A DNA stretch of 62,973 bases, counting the filler, from Collodictyon triciliatum (Eukaryota), in the NCBI GenBank assembly GCA_043381765.1. It is 8 parts of 8 records of this genome, joined end to end, with 100 filler letters (N's around TTAATTAATTAA, not from the genome) between each part and the next. Parts side by side here need not be neighbours in the genome. Positions count along the whole stretch, not along the records: positions 15,745 to 23,533 come from JBHJMP010003739.1; positions 23,634 to 31,421 come from JBHJMP010003740.1; positions 31,522 to 39,309 come from JBHJMP010003741.1; 5 more parts are not named here. One strand, written 5' to 3'. The notes under the pieces were generated by a model, which saw only the letters and a list, made by a program, of their open reading frames with translations, did not search any database and was not told where the DNA came from. Below, piece after piece: positions 21,101-34,600 of the stretch. The stretch's first letter is position 1. Each line of letters opens with the position of its first letter. The position numbers and the translations under genes were made by a program.

Positions 21101-23145
21101 TTGGTATTGTTCCTGTAATAATAAATAAGTATTTATATCACATAATTATAAGAAATATATTAGGTACCATTAAGTTGGTTGTCATATAGGTAAATCCATG
21201 CGACATTAGGAATGCTCCAGAAGTCAGGGATTGTGCCTATACGTCTTAAATATTAGAAATTCAATATTTTTAAACCAAATCATGGAATTTACCGGTCAAT
21301 TTATTACTAAAAAGGTAAATATTTTGAACCAAGGGTATGTTTGTGAAATTCGGTATTGTTCCTACAATAAAAAATTATTAAGACAGGATGTTTACATAAT
21401 ACACAAAACCACCTAGCACGATAGGGAGAAAAATATTACCGTTTAATTGATTTTCATATAAGTAAATGTAAACTAAATTCGGTATATTTTCGAAGTCTGG
21501 AATAGTTCCTGTAAAAAAAAATTATCTTAAAATCTAATAATTTGAGGATATTTGAATAAGACTTACCATCAAGTCTATTGCTCAAAAGGTAAATACTACC
21601 CACGAACGGAATTTTTCCAAAGTTAGGAATTGTTCCTATAAAATTTCGATTTAATTTCGTAATAATTATATTTTAAAATAAACCTACCAACAAGACGATT
21701 TTCATTAAAATAAATCGTATCCAAAATCGGTATACTACTGAAGTTTGGGATTGTTCCTGATATTTGAAATAAACCATGTTAAAAAGGCATCCATCAGAGA
21801 GGATTTCTTTAAAGTAAAATACTCACCGAAGAGTCTACTTTCATAAATTGCAATTACTTGGACATTTGGTAATCCAGAAAAATCTGGCAATGTTCCTTAT
21901 GTGATAACTGGATTAGAAAATATCTCAGCGAATCAATAAAATGAGGCCTAAGTACCTGTGAGCTTATCGCTTAAACCAATATATAAACCACCAGCTAATG
22001 TAATTCCTGAGAAATCAGGAACAGTGCCTTCAAGTTTGTTGCCATCTATCTCCAGATGCTGCAGATTTGACATACCTTTAAAATCTGGAATAGTTCCGGT
22101 GATTTGATTGGAATAAAGATTTAGATAAGTAATGCTTGGAAAAGTAAAGTCTGGAAGTTTCCCAAAGACAAAGTTGTAACTCAAATCCAAGTCTCCGAGA
22201 AATAAGAATTTCTCAAAGATTGGCGACGAAGTCTCTATGTCACCATAAAGGTTGTTTCCTGACATCCACATTCCAAGCACCGGGCATGTATTATTCTAGT
22301 AAGATAATGTCGGAATCAATTTCAAAAAAGAAGAATCTTTCAAAGAGGCACTGACCTTGTATTCACCCTCTAGACAATTTTCGTCACAACTAACTCCGTA
22401 CCATTCACAAATCGGTACCTTTTCATTTTTCCATCCGCTACTGTCAAACCATTCATCACCATTAAATGCATCGTAAATATCAACCAAGAGTTTATATTGA
22501 TTTGCATTAATATCATTGTCAATTGTTCTTTCTGACGAAAATGTTCGCTCCAAACTTGATTTCTTTTTTTCCATCACGTGAAATTGAGGTTTGTTTTGAA
22601 AGTGCTCAGCTTTATCAATGGGATGGTTGCTCGGGTCAATTTCTCCACTCTGAAAGCTTTTGTTGATATCCCGGTTGTTATCGCATTTATCTGTTGTTGG
22701 CAGCAAGGGACAATATTTCTCGTTTTCTTGGACCAGTGAAAAGCATGTCTCGTCGTAAAATTCCAAAAGTATTTGTAATGCATCATCGACCTTCATGGAT
22801 AGAAACTCATCCTTTGTATATTGGCATCTAAAAATTATTTGTTAAATATTTAGATAATAATATGAAACTCCAAATCGAATAAAGGATACATATAGGAATG
22901 AATAGGATGGCTGCCCTACTTTCCAGGTGGTTTGAATGAGGAACATAAGACCGCAAGAAATATCATCGAAATGATTAGAACGAATGCTCTCCATTTTCTT
23001 CAAAAACATATTTTTAGTTGAAAAATAGAATAAAGTTATTCTACGTAAAATATAAATTAAAAATGTAGTATGGAACGAAACGGAGCGAACTAAATATTTG
23101 ATGTAAATTCGAATAAATTAAATTCATTCACTCTTGGTATTTCAT
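18137..23145 (-). CDS. LRR receptor-like membrane protein: signal peptide, N-cap, >20 plant-type LRRs, Cys-rich stalk, multi-pass TM C-terminus
   Basis: Signal peptide MKYQE/KWRAFVLIISMIFLAVLCSS uses a 14-nt first exon (23132-23145). N-cap WFDSSGWKNEKVPICEWYGVSC is followed by repeated LxLxxNxLxGTIP, then CECLPGYFG...CKEGYESHACSKCQKGY, then several TM helices with RYGFLYLPYK...YWEFIIIVRR. Confidence 0.88.
20755..21895 (-). repeat. Array of nine 69-nt exons, each encoding one 23-aa LRR
   Basis: Exons 21827-21895, 21688-21756, 21567-21635, 21440-21508, 21293-21361, 21168-21236, 21044-21112, 20919-20987 and 20755-20823. All are bounded by AG/GT, with the intron splitting the Gly codon of GT(I/L)P (phase 1). 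Confidence 0.92.
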
Positions 23146-23533
23146 ATATTTCCTATCTTCGACACGAAATTTTATATATGTAAGTATGTAAAATCAGAGC
23201 CCTTTGGTTTATTTATGTTTCTTACTTGAGACTGCTGCAATTTATCGAACACACACAACCACGCTCTAGGAGGGGCCTATTTGCAGCTGAATTCTGATGA
23301 AACCTATTTATCTCTTTTAGTATTCAATAAATATACTTGTAAGTCTGAAATTCTGTTCATACGATTATGAACATTAGGAGATGTTACAAATTCTCTATTC
23401 ATTGAGATTTTTGAATAAATAATTGTTTTTGTATTATTGATGCGATATCTTATTTTATACTGTATCTTTTAGAGAAAATCGATGTAAACTATTCTTGTTT
23501 GGGGTCATAAGGAATGAATAGAATTTTCAAATA

Positions 23534-23633
23534 NNNNNNNNNNNNNNNNNNNNNNNNNNNNNNNNNNNNNNNNNNNNTTAATTAATTAANNNNNNNNNNN
23601 NNNNNNNNNNNNNNNNNNNNNNNNNNNNNNNNN
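23534..23633. other. Artificial contig spacer
   Basis: Same 100-nt linker. Confidence 0.97.
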
Positions 23634-23732
23634 GTTTTTATTGTTTTTATTGTTTTTATTGTTTTTATTGTTTTTATTGTTTTTATTGTTTTTATTGTTT
23701 TTATTGTTTTTATTGTTTTTATTGTTTTTATT
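23634..23732. repeat. (GTTTTTATT)n minisatellite
   Basis: 9-mer tandem repeat at contig start. Confidence 0.9.
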
Positions 23733-24152
23733 ATTATCATTTTATTATTATTTCGTCTTTTGCTTTGTTAGCTATCACATCATCATTTCTTTCTGTCTTT
23801 GTGTGCTTCATGTGTGCGATTATGCAATAATGTAAGAGAAGTTGGGAAAGAATCCTTGTTGCTTCCTCTGCTCTGCTTTGCTTCCGCCTTTGGCTGTGGC
23901 GCTGTGACTTTGAGCCTTGAGAGAAGGATCAAATCACAAAATCCGCGCACTTGAATGTGGTCTGCATCAAAATTGATGCAACGTAAATTCCGCATTAAGG
24001 ATATATTCATTGAATTATTCTTTTCTTAAATCTTGTTTTTTTCTCCATTTTTTTCATTAATATCTTTTATTCCTGCATGTATATTTCCATTAACAATATT
24101 CACTAAATGTTTTTCTGGGCGTTTTCTCTCTCTCCCTCCCATTTTTTTTTTA

Positions 24153-25300
24153 TTAATTGAGGAGCGCAGATGCCTTTTGTGCAAGCTGCGGGAATCCGTG
24201 GCCGGGTTGCGCGACAGAGGATAACAAAGATTTCACTTTAGATGTATCACTGGCAGGGAGAGCAGACTTGATTTCCTGGGTATTCAAAGGGTTTGTTCGC
24301 GAACAGAACGTACTTGGTGATAAATTCTTTCAGTCTTTTTTTATTTTATTTAAAAAATGGAATCGATAAAGTGGGCAATATGTGTACCGAATATTGGATT
24401 AAATATAATTGCTGAAAAAATTACGGTATAGGTAGCAAAAATCAACTCGATTGGAGGTTCCATTCTTTCGCGCTCTTCTTCATTCTTCGCTGGTCCTTCT
24501 GCCGCATCCTGAAAACATTGAAACATCAATTAGTATGCTATTTTTTCTAATATGTTTCTCCTCTGCTACCCGTAATCATAACCAACCCTTGAAATTAAGG
24601 ACTTGTTTGCGATTTATAATATAGATTGATATTGGACATCAGGCTCCAAAGGTATGATTTCTATGATTGATGAATACCGCTAGTATTTGAGGGTAAGCCA
24701 AAGCCAAAGGTCGTATAAGGGTGTGCACGATTCCTGGTGATTTGACAGAGATGCTTGTGATGATACGGTACAGTGAATTTCGGGCGGCTCTTGACTCTTT
24801 CATCATCATAATTTGTTTGCTTAGGTGGCAAGCAAGGTCCTCTTCTGCCTGGTTTTTTTATTGGTCAAATGGTGTGATGCAGTAATCGTGAGTGAACCAT
24901 TTCGCGTTATGTTTTGTTTTTGAAAATATTTTGAATTAGAAATTGAACAAGACCAAATGTATGCATATATATATATCAGATGAGAATAAACATAGTTATG
25001 AATCGTGTATTGGTCTTTTAAATGAGAGAAAACTAGCCCCCACTTTCGAGTGGACACCCACCGGCCTGGAGGAAATAATATTCTCTGCAACATACAAAGA
25101 AAGTTCTTTGATTGGAATGGGCACATTTGTAATATCCAAGGAACGTAATATCTTTTCCACAAGATTCCTTTGCAGCGCATAGGAACATGTTCTTTGAGAA
25201 ATATCTATTATGTATTTAGGAAATGCAGTGAACAAGCACCAATGACAAAAGTCCTTATCAACTGGGGTAGAATAAAATATGCTCTCAATAATATGCTCCC

Positions 25301-25367
<67 letters not shown>

Positions 25368-28300
25368 TAAAAGCGCAAAACGCAATAGGTAATAGGCAAA
25401 AACATAACCAGCTAATAATGAAATATGACTAATGACAGAATTATGAAATACAGAGAGGCGGGAAAACAGTTATTGAAACTCACAAATCAGTCCGTTGACA
25501 ATCGAAAGGTACTTTTCGGATGCATCAATCCCTTCTTGACCACCCTAAACCCAACAAGATTATGAAAAAAATGCGAAAAAGAAAAGGAGAAATGGTTCAA
25601 CAGTAGACTATATTCATTTAGACACCGCGTTGCTAATCGAAGCTTTTAATGAAGTGTCTTACTTTTTGAATAGATGATATTGAATCGGAATACAAATTAA
25701 GAATAGCCTCAAGCCCAAGTTCCTGCGTATTTGACAAGACGGAAAAGGCTCTGTAAAGAGAAATTTACTCTTCTTTAATATTGCCGAGTAAATCTTGCTT
25801 CAGGTGAGATGATTTCTATTTAAATTACATGCAATAATCCAATTTGAGTCAATCAAGGAGAGTTTACTCTGAATCAAATACCTGTGACTTAATTGATCCT
25901 CGTCTGCATCATTCAAGACTCCGCAAATGCGTTCAATCTGATTGAATTAAAAAAATTACAAATTGCTCTGGAATGGACGCCTTTTTTTTTTTTTTGCGCA
26001 TTATTTATACAGAATTATTAGTGTCGGCGATGAAGAGCAAATTGGAGAGCTAGTATATCACTTACACCACCACATTCGCATAACTGCTTGCTATTTTCTG
26101 AATGTGATTTGACTAGATTTCCGAGACAGAAAGCTGATGTCGTGCGGCAATCATAGCTGCATTTTTCAAGAAGTTTTAATAAAAAAAAAAAAAAAAAAGA
26201 TAAATATACGCAGAACGTAAATATGTATACGAGCAATCGACTCTGGATAAAAATTTCTTTGCCGTCAACCATATGTTACTTAGTTTATATTGTGTATAAA
26301 ACAAATTTAAAATAGTTAAGTCGTACTGTGCACTCCATAGCTGTGCTGCGACAACTTTTATTCCGTTTAAATCGTGAACTATATTCTGAACGACCGTTTG
26401 TTGGAAGGAAAGATTTACCAGCGCCATAAGAGCAAATGTGCACAAATCCTAATCATATCATAAAAAAGACAGCTGTTAGTTTCGGGTGTAATTGCGAGAA
26501 TCTCCACCCTGGCATTACATATCGATCTCTGGCGCTTTGGTTCGTTCTCCATGATGTGTTTGCTGTAATATTTAAGGACATTTCAATAAATCTAAAATTG
26601 ATATGTCGAAAAGTTTACAGAACTATCTTTTTCTTTTTGTCTTTTTTTTTTCACTATTCACTTTTTTTATAAATTTAAATATGGTTTAGTATGAATTATG
26701 CCCGCCAAATAATATATAATTCGTAATAATACTTTTAAATCCGAATTTCAATTCACTTCTATACCTTTTATCTTCTCTGGACTCTCCTAATTTAACATTG
26801 AGTCAATGAATGCCCAATTTTTGTACGAGATGTATAAATCAACAACATAATCAAGATAATGCTTGTTTGAGAAGACACGCGAATGATCTAAAAATAAGGC
26901 TTACTTCGACTGGTGATTGGGAAATGATTTCCAATATAAGCTCCAAAACAGACTTTGTCCCGTATTTGACTTGATTTGAAGAATTATTCCATGCCAAATG
27001 AGATAGTAGCAAGCAAGTGAGTGATGTAACATTGACCATATTGGATCGAAGTAACTTGGCAAGCATTTCTAATGTAAAAAATGTGCACATATAGTTCTGG
27101 TTGTTCTTATTCGTATCGGTAAAGTTAATCATCAGATTCAAGCAGGCGACATATAATTCAATGTGGCCTCTTGTTTGAGACGAGGGGGCCTATGAATGAA
27201 AGTTAGTTAGTTTGTTTGTTTCCTGTTTAATTATTGAAACAGAAAATGATGGAGCTAACTAACAGTATGGAACACCTTTATTGGTGCAAAATAGATACAA
27301 AGAAAATATGGGAATGTCCCATAATTATGTTTAGAATTTTGCCTTATTATCATTATCATTTGGGATAAAATATGACATACCTTCATAAATTCATCGGTTA
27401 AGAATCCATAAACGCTTTCAATCAGTCGAGTTTCTCGAAGTTCGTCTTGGAGAGGAGAATTCTTGTATCTGAAACAGTGCATTAAGAAAACCCGAAAGTT
27501 ATAGGTCGCTCAAGTCTCAGGAATGGCTAATGGACACAATATAAAATTAAAATAATAATAATCTCACACCAAAGTATGATGGCAGCTTATTGTGCGTATG
27601 TATATGAATTGCATATTACGTCAGGTTTCCAAGTGCAACAAATGATTTCTCTAAGATTGCCAGCACAGGCGATTCACCAATTTGTTGGCTAATTATTTGA
27701 CGGTCTTTCAAAAATCGAGACATAAAGTGAGCCCCATTTTTATCCATGATATATTCCTATATAACAACGTGCAAAGGATTTAAGGAAAGTTGTGTTTATG
27801 CCCTTTTTTATCTCAAGCAGTTGAATTATACCTGATTTTGGTCGTTGTCAATGAGACTGCTTGCAACAATTGTCATGGATAGCTCCAGGATTGATGGTGT
27901 GACATCTTCTGCAGGGAATTGTGATATAATCTTCAACAGCGATTCCAAAATGGAACTTCGGCGAACCTAGCGAAATGTTTGAAATATAGAATGAATTGAG
28001 CAAATTATTTATCCTTTTTCTTCGTGATACAAATTAGATCATATTTATCTCAATATGTAAGCCTCTTACAATCGTTTTTACGTCTTCATTCTGCGATATT
28101 AGTGTCTGAAGTATTCTCAAACACAGCGTCTGTGAGGAAACAAAGTGCATGGGAAAACATCAATAGTATATAAAGGAAGAGCACGAATCAATGTATGTTC
28201 AAAAAGTCAGAATGATGTTTTTTTTTCAGATTTATTCATAATACACATAAAAAAAAATTGATGTTTGAATAAAAGCAGTAAAATCCAACTTTAATTGTAA

Positions 28301-31258
28301 TATTATAGTCCTTCAGACTATCACGCAGGAATAGAATACCGCCGCGATGAATAAACTCCTCTTGAGCCTCAGAATTCTCGTTAATCAATACAATGGTTGC
28401 GTTTAAAGTTGCTTCCATAATATTTTCATCAATATCTGCTCCTCATCAAAGAAAAATGTGATATTGCGTATGATTTGAGAAGATTCGATATTATTTGGTC
28501 AGTAGTTTGGTTATCTCGCTTCATTGATATTGATAATGTCGTTCATTTCCTTCATTTTCTTGAGTAAGGACAAAGAAAAATTTGAGCAAACGAAAAATTA
28601 AAACACTTCGCTACTTTCAGTCCATTTTAGGATACTAGACAAACACTGGAAGTGAACTGAAAAGCAAAGGTGACTGTAAATGTAAAAATATTGAGATAGC
28701 CTTGAATGGAGAAATATTTGGGAGATGCCCATGAGTGATTCAGAGACTTCTTCTTCATCAAAGTGGTTCGTTCTGTTTTATTATTCATCAATGAGTATAT
28801 CTTTAAAAAAAAAATGGCATCCATATATATGAAATGTCTTTGACCAAATGATTTGAAATATTTAACTAATTGGGTAAAGCACGCTAGAATATTTGTCAAA
28901 CAGGACGAAAATAATTAGAGTCGTTGCACCACAGTCAATCCTTGAACTCTTTATGTTGGGATTGTTGCCAAATAGATAAAAAAAAAAAATACGAAAAGCG
29001 TATCAGTGTTCCTACTGAATGTTTCGAACTAAGCCGAATAACTTCTTGATGTTATCAGCCTCCCTCAGAGATGATTCCAACTGTGTTTCTAACACATTTT
29101 AAGTTACTATATGTACCAGTTGAAGAGAAATCATATTTTCATATTTTCTTCCTATATTGTACGGCGCATCACAATTAAAATATTCTTGGGGACTAAAAGA
29201 GAAACCGTTCAGGCCGACAGTCTTTAATATTGAGCTAGATGCTTCATTCTGAATCAGTACCGACACTAATTGTTACTGGCAAGTTCAGTATCATGCTGTG
29301 AAATTATGCAAGAGTATATTTTGAATGGAGAAATATCCGAATACAAGGAATAGAAAAAAATTACCCAAAACAGATGAAGCTAACCAGGAGGTAATAGACT
29401 CATCATCATCAGATGCTTCGTTCATCACCTTGATGAGTGATAGGAATAAAGCTGAAGTGTCTGAAGGGGTAATATGGCTCGGATGCGGAAATAAAGAATT
29501 AAATAATATTCGGAGCAATGAATCCAAATAAATTGCATCCATGAAATCCGGCTTCGCTGTCAACAAGGAGAAAGTTTCGATCAAAAAGCGATTGAATCCA
29601 GTTGATTCATACAAATCTAAGTATACATAAAAATTTAAAAGAAACCTAATATTAGAATATACAGAATGCAGATAGAAAATAGACTAATAAATATGATAAT
29701 TTGGTCCATCCCTTTTCTCTTTTATTTTTGCAATAGAGTCTTCGTATTATTTTATGTCCAAAATAAATTACAAGTAGAGTATGACCGAAAAGAGATGCAC
29801 ACCTCTGATTGATTTATCCTTTCGAATGCACTCATATCCCAGAGTAAGGTAAGAGTCAGAAAGATCTGCCAATAACTCTGAAGTCTGAGGATTGGACAGT
29901 AACGGCGCGAAGGCTTCTCTCATTTGAATTATCACTTGTAATAATATGATGAATCAGATTTGGAGAAATAAATCAAAAAGGTAAGAGAAGAACGAAATAC
30001 ATCACAAATTACATAAAATGATATTACTGTTGTGACAAAAATGATAAAAAAAAATCATTAGAATTCTTATTTCAAGATACACAAATATTACATTTTGAAA
30101 TCGGTAGGAATGTGGTATCATGGGTAACTTCATTTTCGTCAGAGAATATGGCGCAAAAAATGTCAAATACCTAGATGATAAATGCAAGAAAAAAAGGTTC
30201 AGATGGAAATAATAAGATGATGAAATGGCGCACATTCTTAAAAAAAGAATATATTTGAATGGATGGTATACCTTCGTCAGAAGTAGAATACCCCCATCTG
30301 ACCTCAAGATCGTTTTATATTCGCTTAAAACAGAGAAAAGGTCACTCAGATGTATATTTTTGTTTGATTTTGTCTTCATTGCACACACAAGTGAATTTTC
30401 GGTCACATACAACTAATATTAGGTGAGAATATGGTTTGTGTAAGTTACTGGAGAAAAAAATCCAGTATTAAGATTAAAAAAAATTTTACAACATGTGATT
30501 CACATCTCCACCATGAAAAGTGTGGCAAAGTAATCGATTGTGCTTTGAGCGATTTTCAAGTGCTAAAATCCAATTAAATAAGCTCTACAAAATAACTATG
30601 TTATGTGTGAGGAATTAACCAGTAGAGATGCAATCTTTTCACAAAAATGGGGAAACAAGGCATGTGAGCTACGAATCGATGACACCAGGTCTTTGATGAT
30701 ATCAGTGGACTCCACCACAGCACAAAGATACTCTGATGAGCTCATGGAGAACTCCTTACATATGAAAATGTAAAACACAGATGATTTACATTGTAAGACA
30801 GAACGGGACGTTAAAATGATAATAAAAGTATGAATTTATCATGTTATAACAAGATAAAAAATAAAAATAGAAGCGATAAATTATCTTCTTCTTTGTACAT
30901 ATAAGTAATTGAGTGATGCGATGCAGCCTTCAGATGGAAATGGCTCTCCTGATTTCGATACAACTTTTGTTTCAGCCAAACGAATCAACTGCTTCAAGGA
31001 CTCTGTGATCTGTGGTTCGAACGATTGTAAGTGATAACAAGAATTATATAAAAGTACTGGCAGGCAGAAAGACACAGGCAAAAAGAAAATATACAACAAA
31101 AATTAAACAGACAGGAGAACAAAATGAATGATTTTACCATCAAAACAATAATCATGTCTATAATCACTACAATAGTTTGTGATAAACCTTTGAAAGCTGT
31201 TCTGTGCTAGGGGCTCCAGACTTTGGCGGCATCTTCCGACCTTTGTTTGCTTCTGTAT
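24153..31258 (-). CDS. Large armadillo/HEAT-repeat protein, many exons, 5' truncated
   Basis: ARM-like helices: DLCTFALMALVNLSFQQTVVQNIVHDLNGIKVV, CRTTSAFCLGNLVKSHSENSKQLCECGGVSDIL, ENSEAQEEFIHRGGILFL, TSLTCLLLSHLAWNNSSNQVKYG. C-terminal exon structure is approximate. Confidence 0.7.
25301..25365. repeat. (AAT)n microsatellite, intronic
   Basis: Perfect tract. Confidence 0.95.
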
Positions 31259-31304
31259 CTAATACTTCTTTCTTTTATAATGGGTAAATTCATTTTAATA
31301 GTTT

Positions 31305-31421
31305 GTTTTTTATTATTGTTTTTTATTATTGTTTTTTATTATTGTTTTTTATTATTGTTTTTTATTATTGTTTTTTATTATTGTTTTTTATTATTGTTTT
31401 TTATTATTGTTTTTTATTATT
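31305..31421. repeat. (GTTTTTTATTATT)n minisatellite
   Basis: 13-mer tandem repeat at contig end. Confidence 0.9.
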
Positions 31422-31521
31422 NNNNNNNNNNNNNNNNNNNNNNNNNNNNNNNNNNNNNNNNNNNNTTAATTAATTAANNNNNNNNNNNNNNNNNNNNNNN
31501 NNNNNNNNNNNNNNNNNNNNN
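31422..31521. other. Artificial contig spacer
   Basis: Same 100-nt linker. Confidence 0.97.
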
Positions 31522-31640
31522 TGTATGTATGTATGTATGTATGTATGTATGTATGTATGTATGTATGTATGTATGTATGTATGTATGTATGTATGTATGT
31601 ATGTATGTATGTATGTATGTATGTATGTATGTATGTATGT
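31522..31640. repeat. (TATG)n microsatellite
   Basis: Perfect tetramer tract. Confidence 0.95.
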
Positions 31641-31645
31641 TTTGC

Positions 31646-34600
31646 CTTGTATTTGTAGGTGAGGGTATTTCTTGGCTGTGATGGGATGGTTGAGTTGTAA
31701 GGCAGCAGCATCTCATCGCGATCGGCCTGAAAAGATTAACGCACACATCGTTATGTCAAATTTTTGTATATATCGAATATGAAATTACTGGAAATGGTGT
31801 AGGTTCTATCCAATTCAAAAGTACTTGTTAAAAAAATAATTGCTCATTTCAACTCTGTTTACATATTTAATATTTTACTTCTTTAATATATTATGAAATG
31901 AAAATGAGATTCAGATACGTATTGTTTGAGGGGAAAAAACCTGTGTCAGTGCTGTTTTTGGTCGTCGTGGGTCCAAGAATCGGCGATCTAGTCCCAAAAC
32001 TTGACCAGTACTCAACCCGACTTGAAGAAACAAGACAATTAAAAANNNNNNNNNNNNNNNNNNNNNNNNNNNNNNNNNNNNNNNNNNNNNNNNNNNNNNN
32101 NNNNNNNNNNNNNNNNNNNNNNNNNNNNNNNNNNNNNNNNNNNNNNNNNNNNNNNNNNNNNNNNNNNNNNNNNNNNNNNNNNNNNNNNNNNNNNNNNNNN
32201 NNNNNNNNNNNNNNNNNNNNNNNNNNNNNNNNNNNNNNNNNNNNNNNNNNNNNNNNNNNNNNNNNNNNNNNNNNNNNNNNNNNNNNNNNNNNNNNNNNNN
32301 NNNNNNNNNNNNNNNNNNNNNNNNNNNNNNNNNNNNNNNNNNNNNNNNNNNNNNNNNNNNNNNNNNNNNNNNNNNNNNNNTGAGTTCCCAGAGAATAAAG
32401 GCATTTTCGCGATATGATAATGCGTGGCAGAAGAAAAATTATATTTTCCATACTTGGCGGATAGTGGTGACTTTCTTGGATTCCCATGATGAAAACTTTG
32501 ATGATTCTCTGAAAAATTGACATATCGGTAGGTGGATAAGAAAAGAGTAAGTAAAAATGATTGAATATAGCTATATATAAGGCTCTGGTTGTGTTCTCTA
32601 CTGTCTATATTGCTTATGAGAGAATAATTGAGAAGAGGAGGAAGAAGGGATGGGATGAGTATGTGACAAAGTTTTGACAGTTAAAATATATGCTCACGAT
32701 GAATCGTCATCACTCTCTTCAAACATTTCTATGCCAGTCATATCGAACCGAGACTCTGCTTGGTTCCAGAAGTGATATGCAAGCCAATTATCAGAAAGAA
32801 CTACTCGGACAGGACCCTATGAAATTAATAATAAATATATAGATAAGGAAAGAAGTAATTAAGTCCTACAATTATTTGCTGCCAGACATAGAATGCGAAT
32901 AAAAGGTAATGGGTGAATCATGTGGATGTAACTATGAGAACGAGCCCTACTTTGGCTTGGTACTTTGTCTCAGAGTATATGATGGACCCTGTCACTGTGT
33001 CGAGCACATAAATGTATAAGGAGTGTTGCAGAGACTTTACACCTGCGTTGATATTAAGGAGAATAATTGGAAGTCAAACAAAAACATCTAATGTCTTTGG
33101 CTATAAAATAACAAAAAGAACGAATGCCTTGTGAGGGGGAAAAAAAGACGGGGAGATTGAATAGAGGACTCGTGTTACCGGTTTCGCTTGATGTGATCAC
33201 AACGAGTAAATTAGGATTCAAGTATTTCCATAGATATGTGCGGTCTCCAAGAATACGGACGGGTGAGTAAGGGGTTTCCTAATTATATTCCCAACATAAT
33301 TACTTCACGAATGCTTCTTCAAGACGATTTCATGTGATAAAATAGTTTAATCATCAATAAATAATCGAAGTTGGATTATTAAATTAGATTTCAGTAAAGA
33401 GAAAAAAAACCAAAGAATGGCGTGATGCAGTTGACTCAATCTTCTGGTTTGAAGGAACAATGAAGCTCCAAATCATTTGTCCGTAATATGTGTTGCTCTG
33501 CAAGTCCTGATAAGCCGTTTTTTTAGTAGAGAAATATAATGATGATTTTTGAAGATATTCTATTTATTTATCGCAGCCATTACTAAATAACTAATCTGGC
33601 TGATTCTTATCAGAGCAGTCTACCTTTTGTCTAATGGAATATCCCTCGATTTTCCCATTATCTGCGTCCAGGATATAATAATATCGACTATAGCAAGGCA
33701 AAAGAAAAAAGAAAAAAAAGACGAGGTATGTGACAGAATTTTGTTTGTTTCTTACTCGATTGGGAATATCAAAAAAGCGAAATATATTATTTACTGCTCG
33801 AATGGATGTAGGAGTATCATATCAATCATACCTGTTATAATGCTGTTTGAATGAGGCATGGGAACCATCTGCATCAGGGTAAATATGAACCTAGGTATGT
33901 GAGAATTTAATGAATAGAAATGTTTGAAGGCATGTATGAGGTTATTTCTCAATGTGATGGGCTTCTGGTAAACCTGATGTGATGAATCTACAATCATTAT
34001 AAGGCGACGTCGTTCAATATCTGAATCCGGAAGTTGACTCGCCTAAGTATTTTAATTCGCTCAAATGAAAACAAATAAATAATAGATAAATATAAGGTAT
34101 TTATGAAATATTAATTATGTATGAATCCAATATATTTCACATGCCATACTCACTTGTAGGACTTTGAAAGGGAGTGGGATGTATCGTGAGATGGTTCCTG
34201 AGATTGGGTCTATGTCAGCAGCATACCAGAAGTCCTACATTAGAAGGTCTGCACTTGAATATTTGACTGAGCTGGCAACTTGACATAAAAATAATGAAAA
34301 ATTTAATTTAGATAAAAAAAAAATGTTCATATGATGTTATGTAAATGAAATAGCTCACATTTTCAGTATCTCGAAGAATTAATGTTGCAATAGATATATC
34401 AACTCCGGTGTTTCTAGTTACGAAGCTGGACATGACGGTCAGAGGATGTCCTATATTCAGAAATCATAAGTTATTGTTGTCGTTATTGTTATTGTTGTCG
34501 TTATTGTTGTTATTGTTCTTCTATAATATATGGAAACGTGAATCTTGGTCTGTAATGTATGCACCGGTTGTAAGAGATATTATAGACAAACTGAGTTAGT

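Noticed and set aside
22964-23009. Apparent frameshift between the ATG at 23009 and the LRR receptor signal peptide (possible slippage or phase variation)
   Set aside because: A 14-nt upstream exon (23132-23145, ATG AAA TAC CAA GA|GT...AG|A AAA TGG) splices in frame and explains it.
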